This document shows positions 12,293 to 26,044 of a DNA stretch of 64,000 nucleotides, in pieces. Positions within the stretch are counted from its first letter, which is position 1. The number at the start of each line of letters is the position of its first letter. Made by a program: the position numbers and the translations under genes. The DNA lies in assembly GCA_964016885.1 (NCBI GenBank), contig OZ024764.1, positions 26,288,001-26,352,000 on the forward strand. Direction: 5' to 3'. The stretch is from Eledone cirrhosa. Taxonomy: Eukaryota. The notes beneath the pieces were generated by a model that saw nothing but the letters and a program-made list of their open reading frames with translations, was not told the DNA's origin and searched no databases.

Positions 12293-12871
12293 TGGAAGCA
12301 TGTGGCCTAGTGGTAAGGCTGTTGGAGTTACAATCATAATGATGTGGGTTCGATTCCTGGGTTGTGTGTTGTGTTCTTGAGCAAGACACTTCATTTCGCG
12401 TTGCTCCAGTATACTCAGCTGAAAATGAGTACCAGTAATAGCTGGAGGTTTAACCCTGCGATGGACTGGTGTCCTGTCCAGGAGGGAGTCTTGTACTCTC
12501 AGTCACTTCACGCCATGAAACCGAGATAAGTACCAGTAATAGCTGGAGGTTTAACCCTGCAATGGACTGGTGTCCTGTCCAGGGGGGAGTCTTGTACTCT
12601 CAGTCACTTCACACCATGTAACTGGGATAAGTACCAGTAATAGCTGGGGGTTTAACCCTGCAATGGACTGGCGTCCTGTCCAGGGGGAAGTCTTTTATTC
12701 TCAGTCGCTTCACGCCATGAAACCAGGATAAGTACCAGTAATAGCTGGAGGTTTAACCCTGCGATGGACTGGTGTCCTGGCCAGGGGGGAGTCTTGTACT
12801 CTCAGTCGCTTCACGCCATGAAACCGAGATAAGCACCGGCCAAATGAGCCTTCTGGCTTAAGACAGACTTT

Positions 12872-12875
<4 letters not shown>
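12293..12875 (+). mobile_element. tRNA/CORE-like SINE with its V-domain-like segment amplified 4x (101-bp unit)
   Basis: agtaccagtaatagctgg at 12428, 12529, 12630 and 12731. The unit contains ccctgcgatggactgg-gtcctgtccagg. Confidence 0.75.
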
Positions 12876-12917
<42 letters not shown>

Positions 12918-12922
<5 letters not shown>

Positions 12923-13226
12923 TGAGAGAGAAACTGTGTCTGAGGGGGATAGAATGTATTGTAGAGAGGAGACTGAGATGGTATGGACATGTGATGCGCA
13001 TGGAGGATGACCGTTTGGTAAAGAAGTGCCAGGAAATGCCAGTTGAAGGAAGACGTGGTAGAGGTAGACCACGAAAAACATGGGCGGAGGTGGTGAGAAC
13101 AGACCTCAGATCATTGAAGCTCACGGTGGAGATGACGAAGAACCGTGACGAGTGGAGAGATGCTGTGCTGAATAAGACCCATCCCACCCTTGCGAGCAGG
13201 GAAGAGCGGACATAAAATGATGATGA
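12918..13226 (+). mobile_element. RTE LINE 3' fragment
   Basis: ERRLRWYGHVMRM...GRGRPRKTW peptide and (GAT)n tail. Sister copy at 35590-36077. Confidence 0.88.
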
Positions 13227-13324
13227 TATATATGTGTGTGTGTGAAGTATTTCCATAGAAAAGGTAGAGGAAAGAAGAGTGTTCTATGTACAGAACAGAG
13301 CTATTTAATTACCTAATAAACATC

Positions 13325-13843
13325 AGAATATCTCATAGATTCGATATTATGTGAAATAATTATGTGAGGTAAAGCTTTTACTGTGAAAATACAATGGTAT
13401 ATATAGAGTAATGTAAATGTTATGTGAGGTAAAGACTTTACTGTGAAAATACAATAGTATATATAGAGTAATGTGAATGTTATGTGAGGTATTATGTGAG
13501 GAAAAGCCTTTACTGTGAAAATACAATAGTATATATAGAGTAATGTAAATGCTATGTGAGATATTATGTGAGGTAAAGCCTTTACTGTGAAAATATAATA
13601 GTATATATAGAGTAATGTAAATGTTATGTGAGGTATTATGTGAGGTAAAGCCTTTACTGTGAAAATACAAAAGTATATATAGAGTAATGTAAATGTTATG
13701 TGAGATATTATGTGAGGTAAAGCCTTTACTGTGAAAATATAATAGTATATATAGAGTAATGTAAATGTTATGTGAGGTATTATGTGAGGTAAAGCCTTTA
13801 CTGTGAAAATATAATAGTATATATAGAGTAATGTAAAGGGTTA
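13325..13843. mobile_element. TTAA-CCC MITE (piggyBac-type) fragment with internal ~74-bp tandem array
   Basis: Ends aaagggttaa. The same internal unit occurs at 24719, 36720 and 43540. Confidence 0.75.
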
Positions 13844-15359
13844 AGAGTATGCATGTCTGGTCTGTAGAATGCTCAGCCACTTGCATGTTAATTTCACAAG
13901 TATGCTGTTCCATTGACCAAATCCACTGGAATACTCATTGTTGAAACCGGCAGAGTGCCTGTCTATGTTTCTCTTCTTCTTAGAGTTTGTGTATAGCATG
14001 AGTTGCTTGTAAAGTGTTTATTCTTATATTAAAACTTTCCATGATAGTTATATTTTAGAAATGATGTTAGATAACATTAATTTATGTTAAATACTGTTAA
14101 TTTATGTTAAATAATGTTAATTTATGTTAATGATGTTAATTTATGTTGACCCTTTCATGACCAGATTTCTAATGAAATTTACTCTATTTTAATTAATTAA
14201 TGAAGAATTTTGAGGGATTTACTAAAATGATTATTTTATTACTAATATAGTAACTTAATGTAAGGTTCTTATATAAAATTATGTTGGAAGATTTTAATTT
14301 AAATAGGAAACCTTTAAGATGGGTCGTTTTATTTCATAGGACCAGTTGAGGACATGCGTTTACCTGGTGAAACATGAGTCTGGAGTATGGTTTGCTAATT
14401 TGTTGTAGGACTAACTCTATACCAAACTCGTTCTTTGGACTGAGTGTTCTACTTACTACAGATATAACCTGTCTTTTTACCACAATATATATATGTAGGA
14501 TTATGACCAAAGATTAATATGGTTCGTTGATTAATCAACGAATACAATATTACAACAGATTAGAAGCACTCAACAGCAGAATTTCTTGGAGTTTTTAATA
14601 TTATTCAAAATGTTAATAAATGACTGCCAATACTGGAATTGAATAATCAAAACCATAGGGCTATGTCACATATCAAATTATATATTTTGTTTGATGAAAA
14701 TGTACTTAAAAACACCATTGTACCTTTGAAATATATATTTTGATTATAAGAATATTTTTCATTTATTAACATTTTGAATAATATATGTAGGATTAAATAG
14801 TTGAAAATCATTTGGTGTCTTTAAGAAGGTTTACTTTATTACTCTGATATGTGTTTCAGCTGACAGGATGGAAATACAGCCTGACTTGAAGAAATACAAT
14901 TTTGTGCACATATATATATATTTATTCATATTTTTTAAGTAGAAAAGTGACAGTTTTCTACTTATAAGACAAAATCTACACTTTACCCAGCAGTATTGAG
15001 TGTATTTTCAGTTAATATTTGAATGTTTTGAATGTTTTCAGTATATATATATATATATATATGTTAATATTGTATATATATATGTTAATATCGTATGTTA
15101 ATATCGTATGTTTACTCCAAATACTTGTTGAGTGCTTTATATCAGTTCTAAAAATATTTGCTTGTTGTATCCCAACAATTTAAATAGAACTTTTGCATAT
15201 ATATATATTTATATATTTATATATTGTTGAATATTATTCTTATTATACATATATATATACATATATATATTTATATATATTGTTGAATATTGCTATTATA
15301 TACATTATATATATGCATGTATATATACTATTGTTTGTTATTATATACATTATATACAC

Positions 15360-15404
<45 letters not shown>

Positions 15405-15519
15405 GATTTCTATATGATAGAATTGTTTCATTCATATGATTTCAATACAGATGCTTATACCAATGTATTGAGTACTTTTTTAAACTGTGGTTACCCCGAC
15501 ACAATTCAGGAATATATAT

Positions 15520-15687
15520 ATAACCAAGTGAAAAAGATATATGTATATATATATTCAGAAAGAGCTCTATATCATATAAGAAACAGAGTATATTGTATAT
15601 ATACCAAATACATATTCTATAGAAGATGTATTGAAGATGGAATCATAAGTGAAACCTTCTATAGAATATGTATTTGGTATATATACA
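15520..15687. mobile_element. Small fold-back element (32-bp arms) with decayed hammerhead loop and tail
   Basis: 15594-15625 is the reverse complement of 15656-15687. Loop has tTGAAGA...GAAAC. Tail hairpin GCTC...GAGT; inverted tail copy at 16270-16345. Confidence 0.55.
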
Positions 15688-15864
15688 GCTTACATATAAA
15701 CCTGCCTTGCCTAAGTACAAAGCGCAACCTACAGTCAGTAGGCACCTCTTAATCAAATATACACCCCCCTCCCACTCCCCCAACTCCCCCGCCCCCATCT
15801 ACACCACCCCTTTCTCTGTAAAGTTATGTTGGTACCACAACATCCAGTCTAAACTAAATAAATG

Positions 15865-16268
15865 AGGTCGTGTAGGTGTCACAACAAAAAAAAAAACACA
15901 CAGTCCACGCTGTAATGTGGCCATGTAGGTAACACGGTAAAAACCTCCCAGTCCACACTGTAAATGTGGTTGGCGTTAGGAAGGGCATCCAGCCGTAGAA
16001 AACCCGCCAGACGTGTAGGTGTCACAACAAAAAAAAAACACACAGTCCACGCTGTAATGTGGCCGTGTAGGTAACACGGTAAAAACCTCCCAGTCCACAC
16101 TGTAAATGTGGTTTGGTGTTAGGAAGGGCATCCAGCCGTAGAAAACCTGCCAGACAGTCCCATATGAGCGAGACAACCAATCTTGCCTCAAGTGGGATAA
16201 TTCCCGTCTAAACCCATGCTGGCATGGAAGATAGACGTTAAACGATGATGATGATGGATGATGATGAT
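15865..16268 (+). mobile_element. RTE-type 3' UTR with internal duplication and (GAT)n tail
   Basis: Same family as 8484-8730, 17205-17460, 44987-45200 and 61318-61615. Confidence 0.8.
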
Positions 16269-16429
16269 ACAATATACTTTGTTTCTTATACAATATAGAG
16301 CTCTCTCTCTCTCTATATATACATATATCTTTTTCATTTGGTTATTATAGCTCTAGATAAAGTCTTTTGAGCTTGCTTGTTGAGAAACACAAAATTCTAA
16401 ACATATTTAATGTTTTGATTCATTATTTG

Positions 16430-16502
<73 letters not shown>

Positions 16503-16734
16503 AAAAAGAGAAATAGGACGAAGGTAAACAGTTACAAAAGGATTTAATCCACGTATTAACAATTGTTAATATGTGGATTAAATCCTTTTGTAACTCTTCG
16601 TTTGTTCGTGTTTCCACCACAGAATCCCTACCAACCTGTCAAGTCACCTTAACGTATGTTGATAACTTTCCTCACAATTTGTTCTACCAAGCTTTGGAAT
16701 ATTCCTAATTACTGAATATATATATTTATATATA

Positions 16735-17184
16735 TGTAAAGTTATATTTAAAATTGTTGGGTTACAACTAGTAAATATTTATAACTGATATAAAAGCACT
16801 CGACAAATATTTGGAGTATATTTACGATATTAAATAAATGGAAAACTATATTTATAAAACCATATTTATTTCATTATATATATTTCGGGGATATCATATT
16901 AACAATATGCTATGCCTTCATCAGACAAAATACAATATAAACAGTTTTATAGATAAATATATTCGACATACCGTAATAAACATCAACTTCATTTGACTGC
17001 TAGAGTAAACCTCTTCAAATGAAGTTGATGTTTATTACGGTATGTCGAATATATTTATCTATAAAACTGTTTATATTGTATTTTGTCTGATGAAGGCATA
17101 GCATATTGTTAATATGATATCCCCGAAATATATATAATGAAATAAATATGGTTTTATAAATATAGTTTTCCATTTATTTAATAT
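16735..17184 (-). mobile_element. Fold-back hammerhead element, 170-bp perfect arms, 18-nt spacer, plus tail (family H1)
   Basis: 16827-16996 is the reverse complement of 17015-17184. CTGATGA at 17087 and GAAAtatatata at 17125. Tail ACTC...GAGTGC at 16793-16818. Confidence 0.82.
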
Positions 17185-17803
17185 TATATTTATATATATA
17201 TATTTCATCATCATCATCATCGTTTAATGTCTATCTTCCACGCTAGCATGGGTTAGACGGGAATTGTCCCACTTGAGGCAAGGTTGGTCGGGTGACCGTG
17301 TCTCGCTCATATAGGACTATCTGGCAGGTTTTCTACAGCTGGATGCCCTTCCTAACACCAACCACATTTACAGTGCGGAACTGGGAACTTTATACTGTGT
17401 TACCTACACGACCACATTACAGTGTAGACTGTTTTTTGTCGTGACACCTACACGATCTGGATCTCATCAATCTCATTTATTTGGACTGGATGTTGTGGTA
17501 CCAACTTTACAGAGACAGGGTGGTGTTGGTGAGAGTGGGAGGATAGGGTAAGGATGAAAAATTGAAAATGCAACTGGAGTCTTTTAAGAATATTTCTTTC
17601 TTTACTTTACCGGTTTCACATCTTATGATTTTCAAAAGTAAAATTGGGATGGAGGTATTGTTTCTGCTGGGGTTTGTCTCGCATAATTATGAATATATCT
17701 ACAGTCATTCATAATGATGATAATAATCATATATATTTCTCTCTCTCTCATTGTTGTTATATATATACATATATACATTGAGGATGATCATATAGATATA
17801 TAT

Positions 17804-17867
<64 letters not shown>

Positions 17868-17907
17868 GTAATATGTATGTATATATATGTATGTATGTAT
17901 ATATATG

Positions 17908-17982
<75 letters not shown>

Positions 17983-18043
17983 GTATATGTATGTATATAT
18001 ATATATGTATGTATGTATATGTATGTATGTATATATATATATG

Positions 18044-18075
<32 letters not shown>

Positions 18076-18087
18076 TATGTATGTATA

Positions 18088-18130
<43 letters not shown>

Positions 18131-18244
18131 GTATGCATATATATATGTATGTATATATATATATGTATATGATGATGATGATGATATGTCTATATATATA
18201 TACATATATATGTATATATGTATATATATATACATATATATGTA

Positions 18245-18585
18245 TTCTAAGGCGGGTAAAATTCCCGAGATCCATGGACGAGTTCTCTCCAGCGGTCTCT
18301 GTCCCTCATTATCGCTGCCATGTCCTGCGTCTCCAACAGACCAGTGTCTGTCCTTAGGGCATCAACATATGTTAACCTTGGTCTTCCTCTTCCAGTGTGT
18401 CCATGTAGGGGCTCCCACAGGAGCACTGAGTGCAGTGTCAACTCTGGATGTCGGTGAGCATGTCCAGCTAACCTCAGTCTCCTCTGTGTCACTCTCGAGC
18501 TGACTTTTGGGAGGCTCCCATACAGCTCTGAGTTCTTCATCCTCAGTGTATACTGATTAATGTTCAGAGCCATCCTCAGCATTCT
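18245..18585 (-). mobile_element. Non-LTR (RTE-like) retrotransposon C-terminal fragment, second family
   Basis: [14 protein letters not shown]...LLWEP...[14 protein letters not shown] peptide. Confidence 0.8.
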
Positions 18586-19144
18586 CGTGTATATGTATTT
18601 ATATATATATATATGTGTATATGTATTTATATATATATATATATGTATATATGTATTTATATATATATATGTATATATATATGTATATATGTATATATAT
18701 ATGTATGTATATATATATTTATGTATATATGTATATATATATGTATATATATATATATGTATATATGTATTTATATATGTATATATGTATTTATATATGT
18801 ATATATGTATTTATATATGTATATATGTATTTATATATGTATATATGTATTTATATATGTATATATGTATTTATATATGTATATATGTATTTATATATGT
18901 ATATATGTATTTATATATGTATATATGTATATATATATGTATATATATACATATATATGTAAGAAGAATATAATTTTTTTATAATACATATATATGTATA
19001 TATGTATATATATATATATACATATATATGTATATATGTATATATATATATACATATTTATGTATATATGTATATATATATATATATATATATACATATT
19101 TATGTATATATGTATATATATATATACATATATATGTATTTATT

Positions 19145-19241
<97 letters not shown>

Positions 19242-19356
19242 TCATTAGTTAAGCAAAACAAGACCACAAATTTCTAACTAATTCACCAATCTCTCCTCTC
19301 CTATCTCTTCTCCTATCTCCATCTCTCTCTGTAAGATTGGTTACTCTTGAACTGTG

Positions 19357-19414
<58 letters not shown>

Positions 19415-19424
19415 TATATATATG

Positions 19425-19487
<63 letters not shown>

Positions 19488-19543
19488 ACACATATATATA
19501 GAGAGAGTTTACAGTAATCAAAGTTCAGTTTAAGTCATTTATT

Positions 19544-19590
19544 TGCTTACAATCGTTTCCTCCAAACCGAGGTTTGGATTCTTCGGAGCA
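19544..19590 (-). ncRNA. Minimal hammerhead motif (family H3)
   Basis: Minus strand reads tgct-CCGAAGA-atccaaac ctcg gtttggag-GAAAC gatt GTA-agca. The 3' half also occurs on + at 22201-22260. Confidence 0.65.
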
Positions 19591-19970
19591 GCTATTTATA
19601 ACATACTTGACCTCCTTTTCAACCCAAGAGACACATAAAACATATGCGCATATTGATCAACAGTGGGGTGACATTCATCAAATGAAATAGCATGGCAATT
19701 TACATATAAAGTTTTACATGATAAAAATAAAATAAAATAAAAGCAAGAGTGAAAATAAAGATAAACATGATAATAGGATAGTAATTAAAGACTATCTCTC
19801 ACTATTTAGGGTTTGTGTATATATAATATATTACCATCAAAGGTTTTATTGCATACATAACCATAAATAGTACCCTTAATACTATATATATATATATATG
19901 TATATGAAATAGATACTGTATTCCATAAGAACGCTGCCTAATGTATTATTCCACTATGTCTAACCTACAG

Positions 19971-20023
19971 GTATTGAAGAAGATACAGATGACGAGCCTT
20001 CTCTTATTCCTGAAGTCTTGTAA
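19971..20023 (+). CDS. SPNS1: Candidate short terminal exon of spinster (GIEEDTDDEPSLIPEVL*)
   Basis: ctaacctacag acceptor, phase 1 compatible. Acidic peptide with the [DE]XXXL[LI] motif DEPSLI, followed by unique UTR-like sequence. Confidence 0.55.
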
Positions 20024-20207
20024 ACCAATCAACCAACCAACCAACCAACCACTCCACTGTTCTTCCGCTGTTCTCACCACCTTTCCGCTGAAATTCCGCC
20101 TCTTCATTATCTCTCTCTACTAACCCTCTCTAGCCAGCTAACAAAAACATGTCACCACTCTCAATTCCTGCTCCTCTCTCTAACTGAACACTATGTGAGT
20201 GTGTGTG

Positions 20208-20254
<47 letters not shown>

Positions 20255-20710
20255 CTGTGTGTGTGTGTGTATATATAGATGTGTGTGTGTGTGTGTGTAT
20301 ATATAGATGTGTGTGAGTGTGTATACTGATATATTTATATACATATTTATATACATATATTATATATATTTATATATATTTATTTATATATTATATATAT
20401 TTATGTATATACTATATATATTTATATATATGTATTATATATATTTATGTATATACTATATATATTTATATACATATATTATATATTTATATATATATAT
20501 ATGTGTGTGTGTGTACATATGTGTGTACATGCATATATATATATATATTTATATATATATATATATATATATATCTATATATATAAATACATATATACAT
20601 ATATATTTATATACATATAGATATATAAATCCATATATACGTATATATTTATACATATATATATATTTATATACATATAGATATATAAATAGATATATAC
20701 ATATATATTT

Positions 20711-20756
<46 letters not shown>

Positions 20757-20823
20757 AATATATATATACACATATCTGTCTGATGACCGATCCAGATATA
20801 TATATATATACATATATATATAC

Positions 20824-20859
<36 letters not shown>

Positions 20860-20960
20860 TTATTAAAATAACAGATTAAAGTTTAAGCAAAGAATCGCTG
20901 CTTTCACCCTTAACGGGATCTTCTGAAACTAACAAAGTCAATCTGTAAACGCAGAACTGG

Positions 20961-21000
<40 letters not shown>

Positions 21001-21320
21001 ACAGATTTGAGAAAAAGTACTCAACATCTAAATTTATATCGATTTTTTAATACTCATTTAATTGTAACTCTGGCGTTTCAATGGTACACACTTATATTAT
21101 AATAAATATTGTATATATGTATATACATATATAGGTGTGTATATATATATATATACACATAAATATACATATATATGTGTATATATATATATATATATAT
21201 ACATAGTTAATTTTGCCTTTCATCCTTACGGGGTCGATAAAATAAAGTACCAGTAATGCACTGGGTATTTGCTGGTCTTGTGCCTAAAGTAGAAACAATT
21301 ATAATAAATATATATATAAT

Positions 21321-21360
<40 letters not shown>

Positions 21361-21471
21361 CAGGAAAGAAGATTGACATGGTTTGCAAAAACAAAAAAGG
21401 TTTTTAATCTCATTGCTGACAATTGTTTCTCTGAACTGGTAGGTCTAGAGATTTGTTACCCCGTATATATA

Positions 21472-21838
21472 TCATCATCATCATCATCATCACCGTTTTA
21501 CGTCCGTTCTTCCACGCTAGTATGGGTTAGACAGGTTGTCCTGTTGTGGGCAGTGTCTGGTCGGCTGACCATGCCTTGCTCATGCAGGTACTGATCTGGC
21601 TTGATTTCTACAGCTGGATGCCCTTCCTAACACCAACCTCATTTACAGTGAGTGCTGGGTGCTTTTTCGTGGCGCCTACACGTCCACTTTACAGTGTGGG
21701 CTGGGTGCTTTTTTGCCGTGGCACCTCCACGACCACCTTGCGGTGGGGGGAGTGGGGGCATATTGTTTATATGCTTCAGCATGTACCCATGGGAGGTCGG
21801 GTACCCTGTATTACTGCGTGACGCAGTAATACAGGGTA
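21472..21838 (-). mobile_element. RTE 3' end with snap-back hairpin at the 5' truncation
   Basis: Identical family to 51390-51735, ending in an 18-bp palindrome. Confidence 0.85.
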
Positions 21839-22613
21839 TTATAATATATCATCATACATACATAATATATATATATATATATTATATATAATATATATAT
21901 AATATATATATATAATATATATATATATTATGTATGTATGATGTTTGTATGTATGTATATATATTCTTTTATTCGTTTTAAGTCTAATACAGCTATGATG
22001 TAAGATATCCTTGCAGGGTGTAGTTAGATCATATCAACTCCATATTTACTTCAGTCTTAAATATATCTTGTTCTAATAACCTATGTCTGTTGGGTGGCTA
22101 GTTTAGATTTCAAGACACACACAGCACTATCTTCTTTACTATATATGTATATGTATGTCACATATACATATATATAGGTATATATATATATATATATATA
22201 GAGGAAACAATTGTAAGCAAATAAATGACTTAAACTGAACTTGGATTACTGTAATCTCTATATAACTGCTCTGTAAAACAACTGATGTTATTACATTGAG
22301 CTATTTATCTTACTGGTAATAGGATAGTAATTAATGACTATCTCTCACTATTTGGGGTTTGTGTATATATAATATATTACCATCAAAGGTTTTATTGCAT
22401 ACATAACCATAAATAGTACCCTTAATACTATATATATATATATATATTTATTTATTTATTAAAATAACGGATTAAAGTTTAAGCAAAGAATCGCTGCATT
22501 CACCCTTAACAGGATCTTCTGAAACATTTGCAGTATGGATTATATATATTTTATATATATATATTATCCTTTTCGACCCCTCTTTGGATTTTAGTCTTCA
22601 CATTTATTATTAT

Positions 22614-22649
<36 letters not shown>

Positions 22650-22650
<1 letters not shown>

Positions 22651-22838
22651 AAAGGAATTGTGGTAAGGAACCAGATGGACCATAACGCACCAAAGTACTC
22701 AATACTTAGGGTAGTAGAGTGGGAAATAGGAAAAAAGTAATTACCCCAACGGCAGAGCTCAAGCCGTTTCGACGGCTATTTCTGGACTGAAATAGCCGTC
22801 AAAACGGCTTGAGCTCTGCCATTGGGGTCATACTTGTT

Positions 22839-22843
<5 letters not shown>
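22650..22843 (-). mobile_element. Fold-back element (family H4) with tail; sister palindrome at 30704-30840
   Basis: Palindrome 22726-22843 containing CGAAACGGCTTGAGCT. Tail gtACTCaata...GAGT. Confidence 0.7.
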
Positions 22844-22919
<76 letters not shown>

Positions 22920-23618
22920 ATATATATGTAAAAGTTAAACAGAAATCACAACACAATCGGTACAGTATATAGAAGGGATACATTAGTTTAACGCTTGATA
23001 TAGCAGGAAGAGGGTCTTAACGTTTCAGACACTAGTCCTTTATCAGAAGAAACAATGAGAAATAAGATAGATTGAGGGGACGGGCTGGTTGGAATAGGAA
23101 AAAATGTCTTTAGATATATTTAATATACAAATGGCTTCTACAGGACTAGAACTGTTTCATTCAAAGAAAATACTGATGTTTACCTTCGAATGAAACACTT
23201 CTAGCCCTGTAGAGGTCATTTCTATATTAAAAATTTATACTCTGCTCTGTATTGAGTACCCTACTTACTGTGGGTAGTTACCTCTGATTAAAGCTGGGAT
23301 ACACACACATATGTATGACAAAGGACCGTGATAAGTGGAGAGATGATGTGCTGAATAGGACCTGTCCTACCCTTGCAAGCAGGGAAAAGCGGACATAAAA
23401 TGATGATGATGATGATATATATAACAGAAAAGAAACGAGGAAGTTTCGTTTACATATAAAAAATATTTATTGTGTATCGACCTGTTATACACATTTCACA
23501 GGTGATTGGCTCAAGGTGAGCCATAGTAGTCATGGACCCGACTCCAGTATTATATGTAGATATATCTTATACATCACACAACGCGCACGTTCGAAATTTT
23601 AACGTCTTTTCATTTCAT

Positions 23619-24192
23619 TTAACCCTTTAACCCTTTAATGTTCAAACCGGCCAAAACCGGCCAGAATTCCCTACCTATATCTGTTGAAACTGGCTGTAAC
23701 TGGTCACTCAAACTGATGTTAAGGTATTGTTCTCAAAATAAATACTTTCAAAATTTCATAGATTCAATATTTTGTGAGATAATTATGCGAGGTAAAGCAT
23801 TTACCATGAAAATATAATAGTATATACAAAATAATGTGAATGCTAAAGGGTTAATGTTCAAACCGGCCAAAACCGGCTAGAATTCTCTACCTTTTTCTGT
23901 TGAAACTGGCTGTAACTGGTCACTCAAACTGATGTTATGGTATTGTTCTCAAAATAAATACTTTCAAAATTTCATAGATTCAATATTTTGTGAGATAATT
24001 ATGCGAGGTAAAGCATTTACCATGAAAATATAATAGTATATATAAAATAATGTGAATGCTAAAGGGTTAATGTTCAAACCGGCCAAAACCGGCTAGAATT
24101 CTCTACCTTTTTCTGTTGAAACTGGCTGTAACTGGTCACTCAAACTGATGTTATGGTATTGTTCTCAAAATAAATACTTTCAAAATCTCAGA
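23619..24192. mobile_element. Tandem TTAA-CCC...GGG-TTAA MITE copies (piggyBac-type)
   Basis: ttaaccctttaatgttcaaaccgg...gctaaagggttaa repeated about 2.5 times. Confidence 0.8.
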
Positions 24193-24718
24193 GAAGAGCT
24201 AGGGGTCTGCATCTTGCTTACTTATGGTCTCATGTTTGATTGAGTGCAGCAGCACAAGAGAAGTTGTCATGTCAAATACAACAAAGGGTTTTCCCAACCC
24301 TTTGTTAGGCAAGCTTTCTATAGCTAGATTCCCTTCCCATCACTAACCACTTTACAGAGTGTACTGGGTATATTTATCGTGTAGATCACCGACACTAAGG
24401 AGATTGTCATGCCATGATACAACTGAATTGCAATGATCCACTCAACTGTTTTAAGGCATGTTTCTACTGCAGAGCTGCCCTTCCTGTCACCAACCACCTT
24501 AAAGGGTGTACTGGATGCATTTTCATGACACCAACACTATATAGGTTTTGGGTCTTTATCCCAACAGATGAGACCCCTCTGCTCTGTGGGAGTGATAGAA
24601 GAAAAATAAGTAAGAATGTATAAGTGTGGTGTGATTTGACAGGGTGACGAGTGACAAAAACCATAGAAATTTCACCTCTAAAAAATAACCAAATTTTGTT
24701 TACATTGCTTAATGTGTG

Positions 24719-25345
24719 TTAACCCTTTAACATTCACATTACTCTATATATACTATTGTATTTTCACAGTAAAGGCTTTACCTCACATAATATCTCACAT
24801 AACATTTACATTACTCTATATATACTATTGTATTGTCACAGTAAAGGTTTTATCTCACATAATATCTCACATAACATTTACATTACTCTATATATACTAT
24901 TGTATTGTCACAGTAAAGGTTTTATCTCACATAATATCTCACATAACATTTACATTACTCTATATTTACTATTGTATTTTCACAGTAAAGGCTTTACCTC
25001 ACATAATATCTCACATAACATTTACATTATTCTATATATACTATTGTATTTTCACAGTAAAGGCTTTACCTCACATAATATCTCACATAACATTTACATT
25101 ACTCTATATATACTATTGTATTTTCACAGTAAAGGCTTTACCTCACATAATATCTCACATAACATTTACATAACTCTATATATACTATTGTATTGTCACA
25201 GTAAAGGCTTTACCTCACATAATATTGAATCTATGAGATTTTAAAAGTATTTATTTTGAGAACAATACCTTAAGATCAGTACGAGTGGCCAGTTACAGCC
25301 AGTTTCAACAGAAAGAGGTAGAGAATTCTGGCCGGTTTTGGCCAG
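24719..25345. mobile_element. Complete TTAA-flanked MITE with internal 74-bp tandem expansion
   Basis: ttaaccctttaa...ttaaaaggttaa termini. Confidence 0.82.
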
Positions 25346-26044
25346 TTTGAACATTAAAAGGTTAAATAAATACAACTATGAAATTTAGATTGAAGATGGT
25401 TGGAACTGCAGCTACACAATTAAATAACATCTACAGGTAATGCCAGTGAAGTGGTAGCCTTTCACTGCTAAACATAGCTGCTATATCTCCCTCAAATAAC
25501 ACCCTACTCTATATTCTGTTAAAAAGTGACGTATTACAAAATGTATTTCTAGATATGTGTAATAATTGTTTCTACTTTTGGCACAAGGCCAGCAATTATT
25601 CAGTGCATTACTGGTACTTTATTTTATCGACCCCGTAAGGATGAAAGGCAAAGTTAACCTCGGCGGGATTTGAACTCAAACCATAAAGGGGCGTAACTCT
25701 TTGCTGCAAAGCATAGCGTCAGACCCTCTACCGATACTGCCAATCCACCGCCCTAGATATGTGTAATAATGAAATTATTATATACAGTGTTTAGGTGCAC
25801 TACAATGTATGTATAGTCCCGTAACACCTGATAGAGATGGAGGGACAGAGCCCATCCCTCTCCAGGGCTAAGTTCTAGATATACAATGTTAGAAATATCA
25901 AACACATGAGATGGTCGTGGCTGGAATATCTATGAACAAAAGGTCAGCTTCGTTAGTCTGACATTTGGACAGTGAACATGCCATGACAGACACCAAGGAA
26001 TTAATTTCTATTAGAAAAATATTACACCCAGCACCCCTTATTAT

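Noticed and set aside
14860-14937. Additional phase-1 terminal spinster exon (ADRMEIQPDLKKYNFV...)
   Set aside because: The acceptor is plausible, but the peptide runs into TA repeat and has no recognisable motif; too weak.
20770-20800. Isolated CTGATGA (also 42935)
   Set aside because: No matching stem II/GAAA; chance occurrence or too truncated to call.
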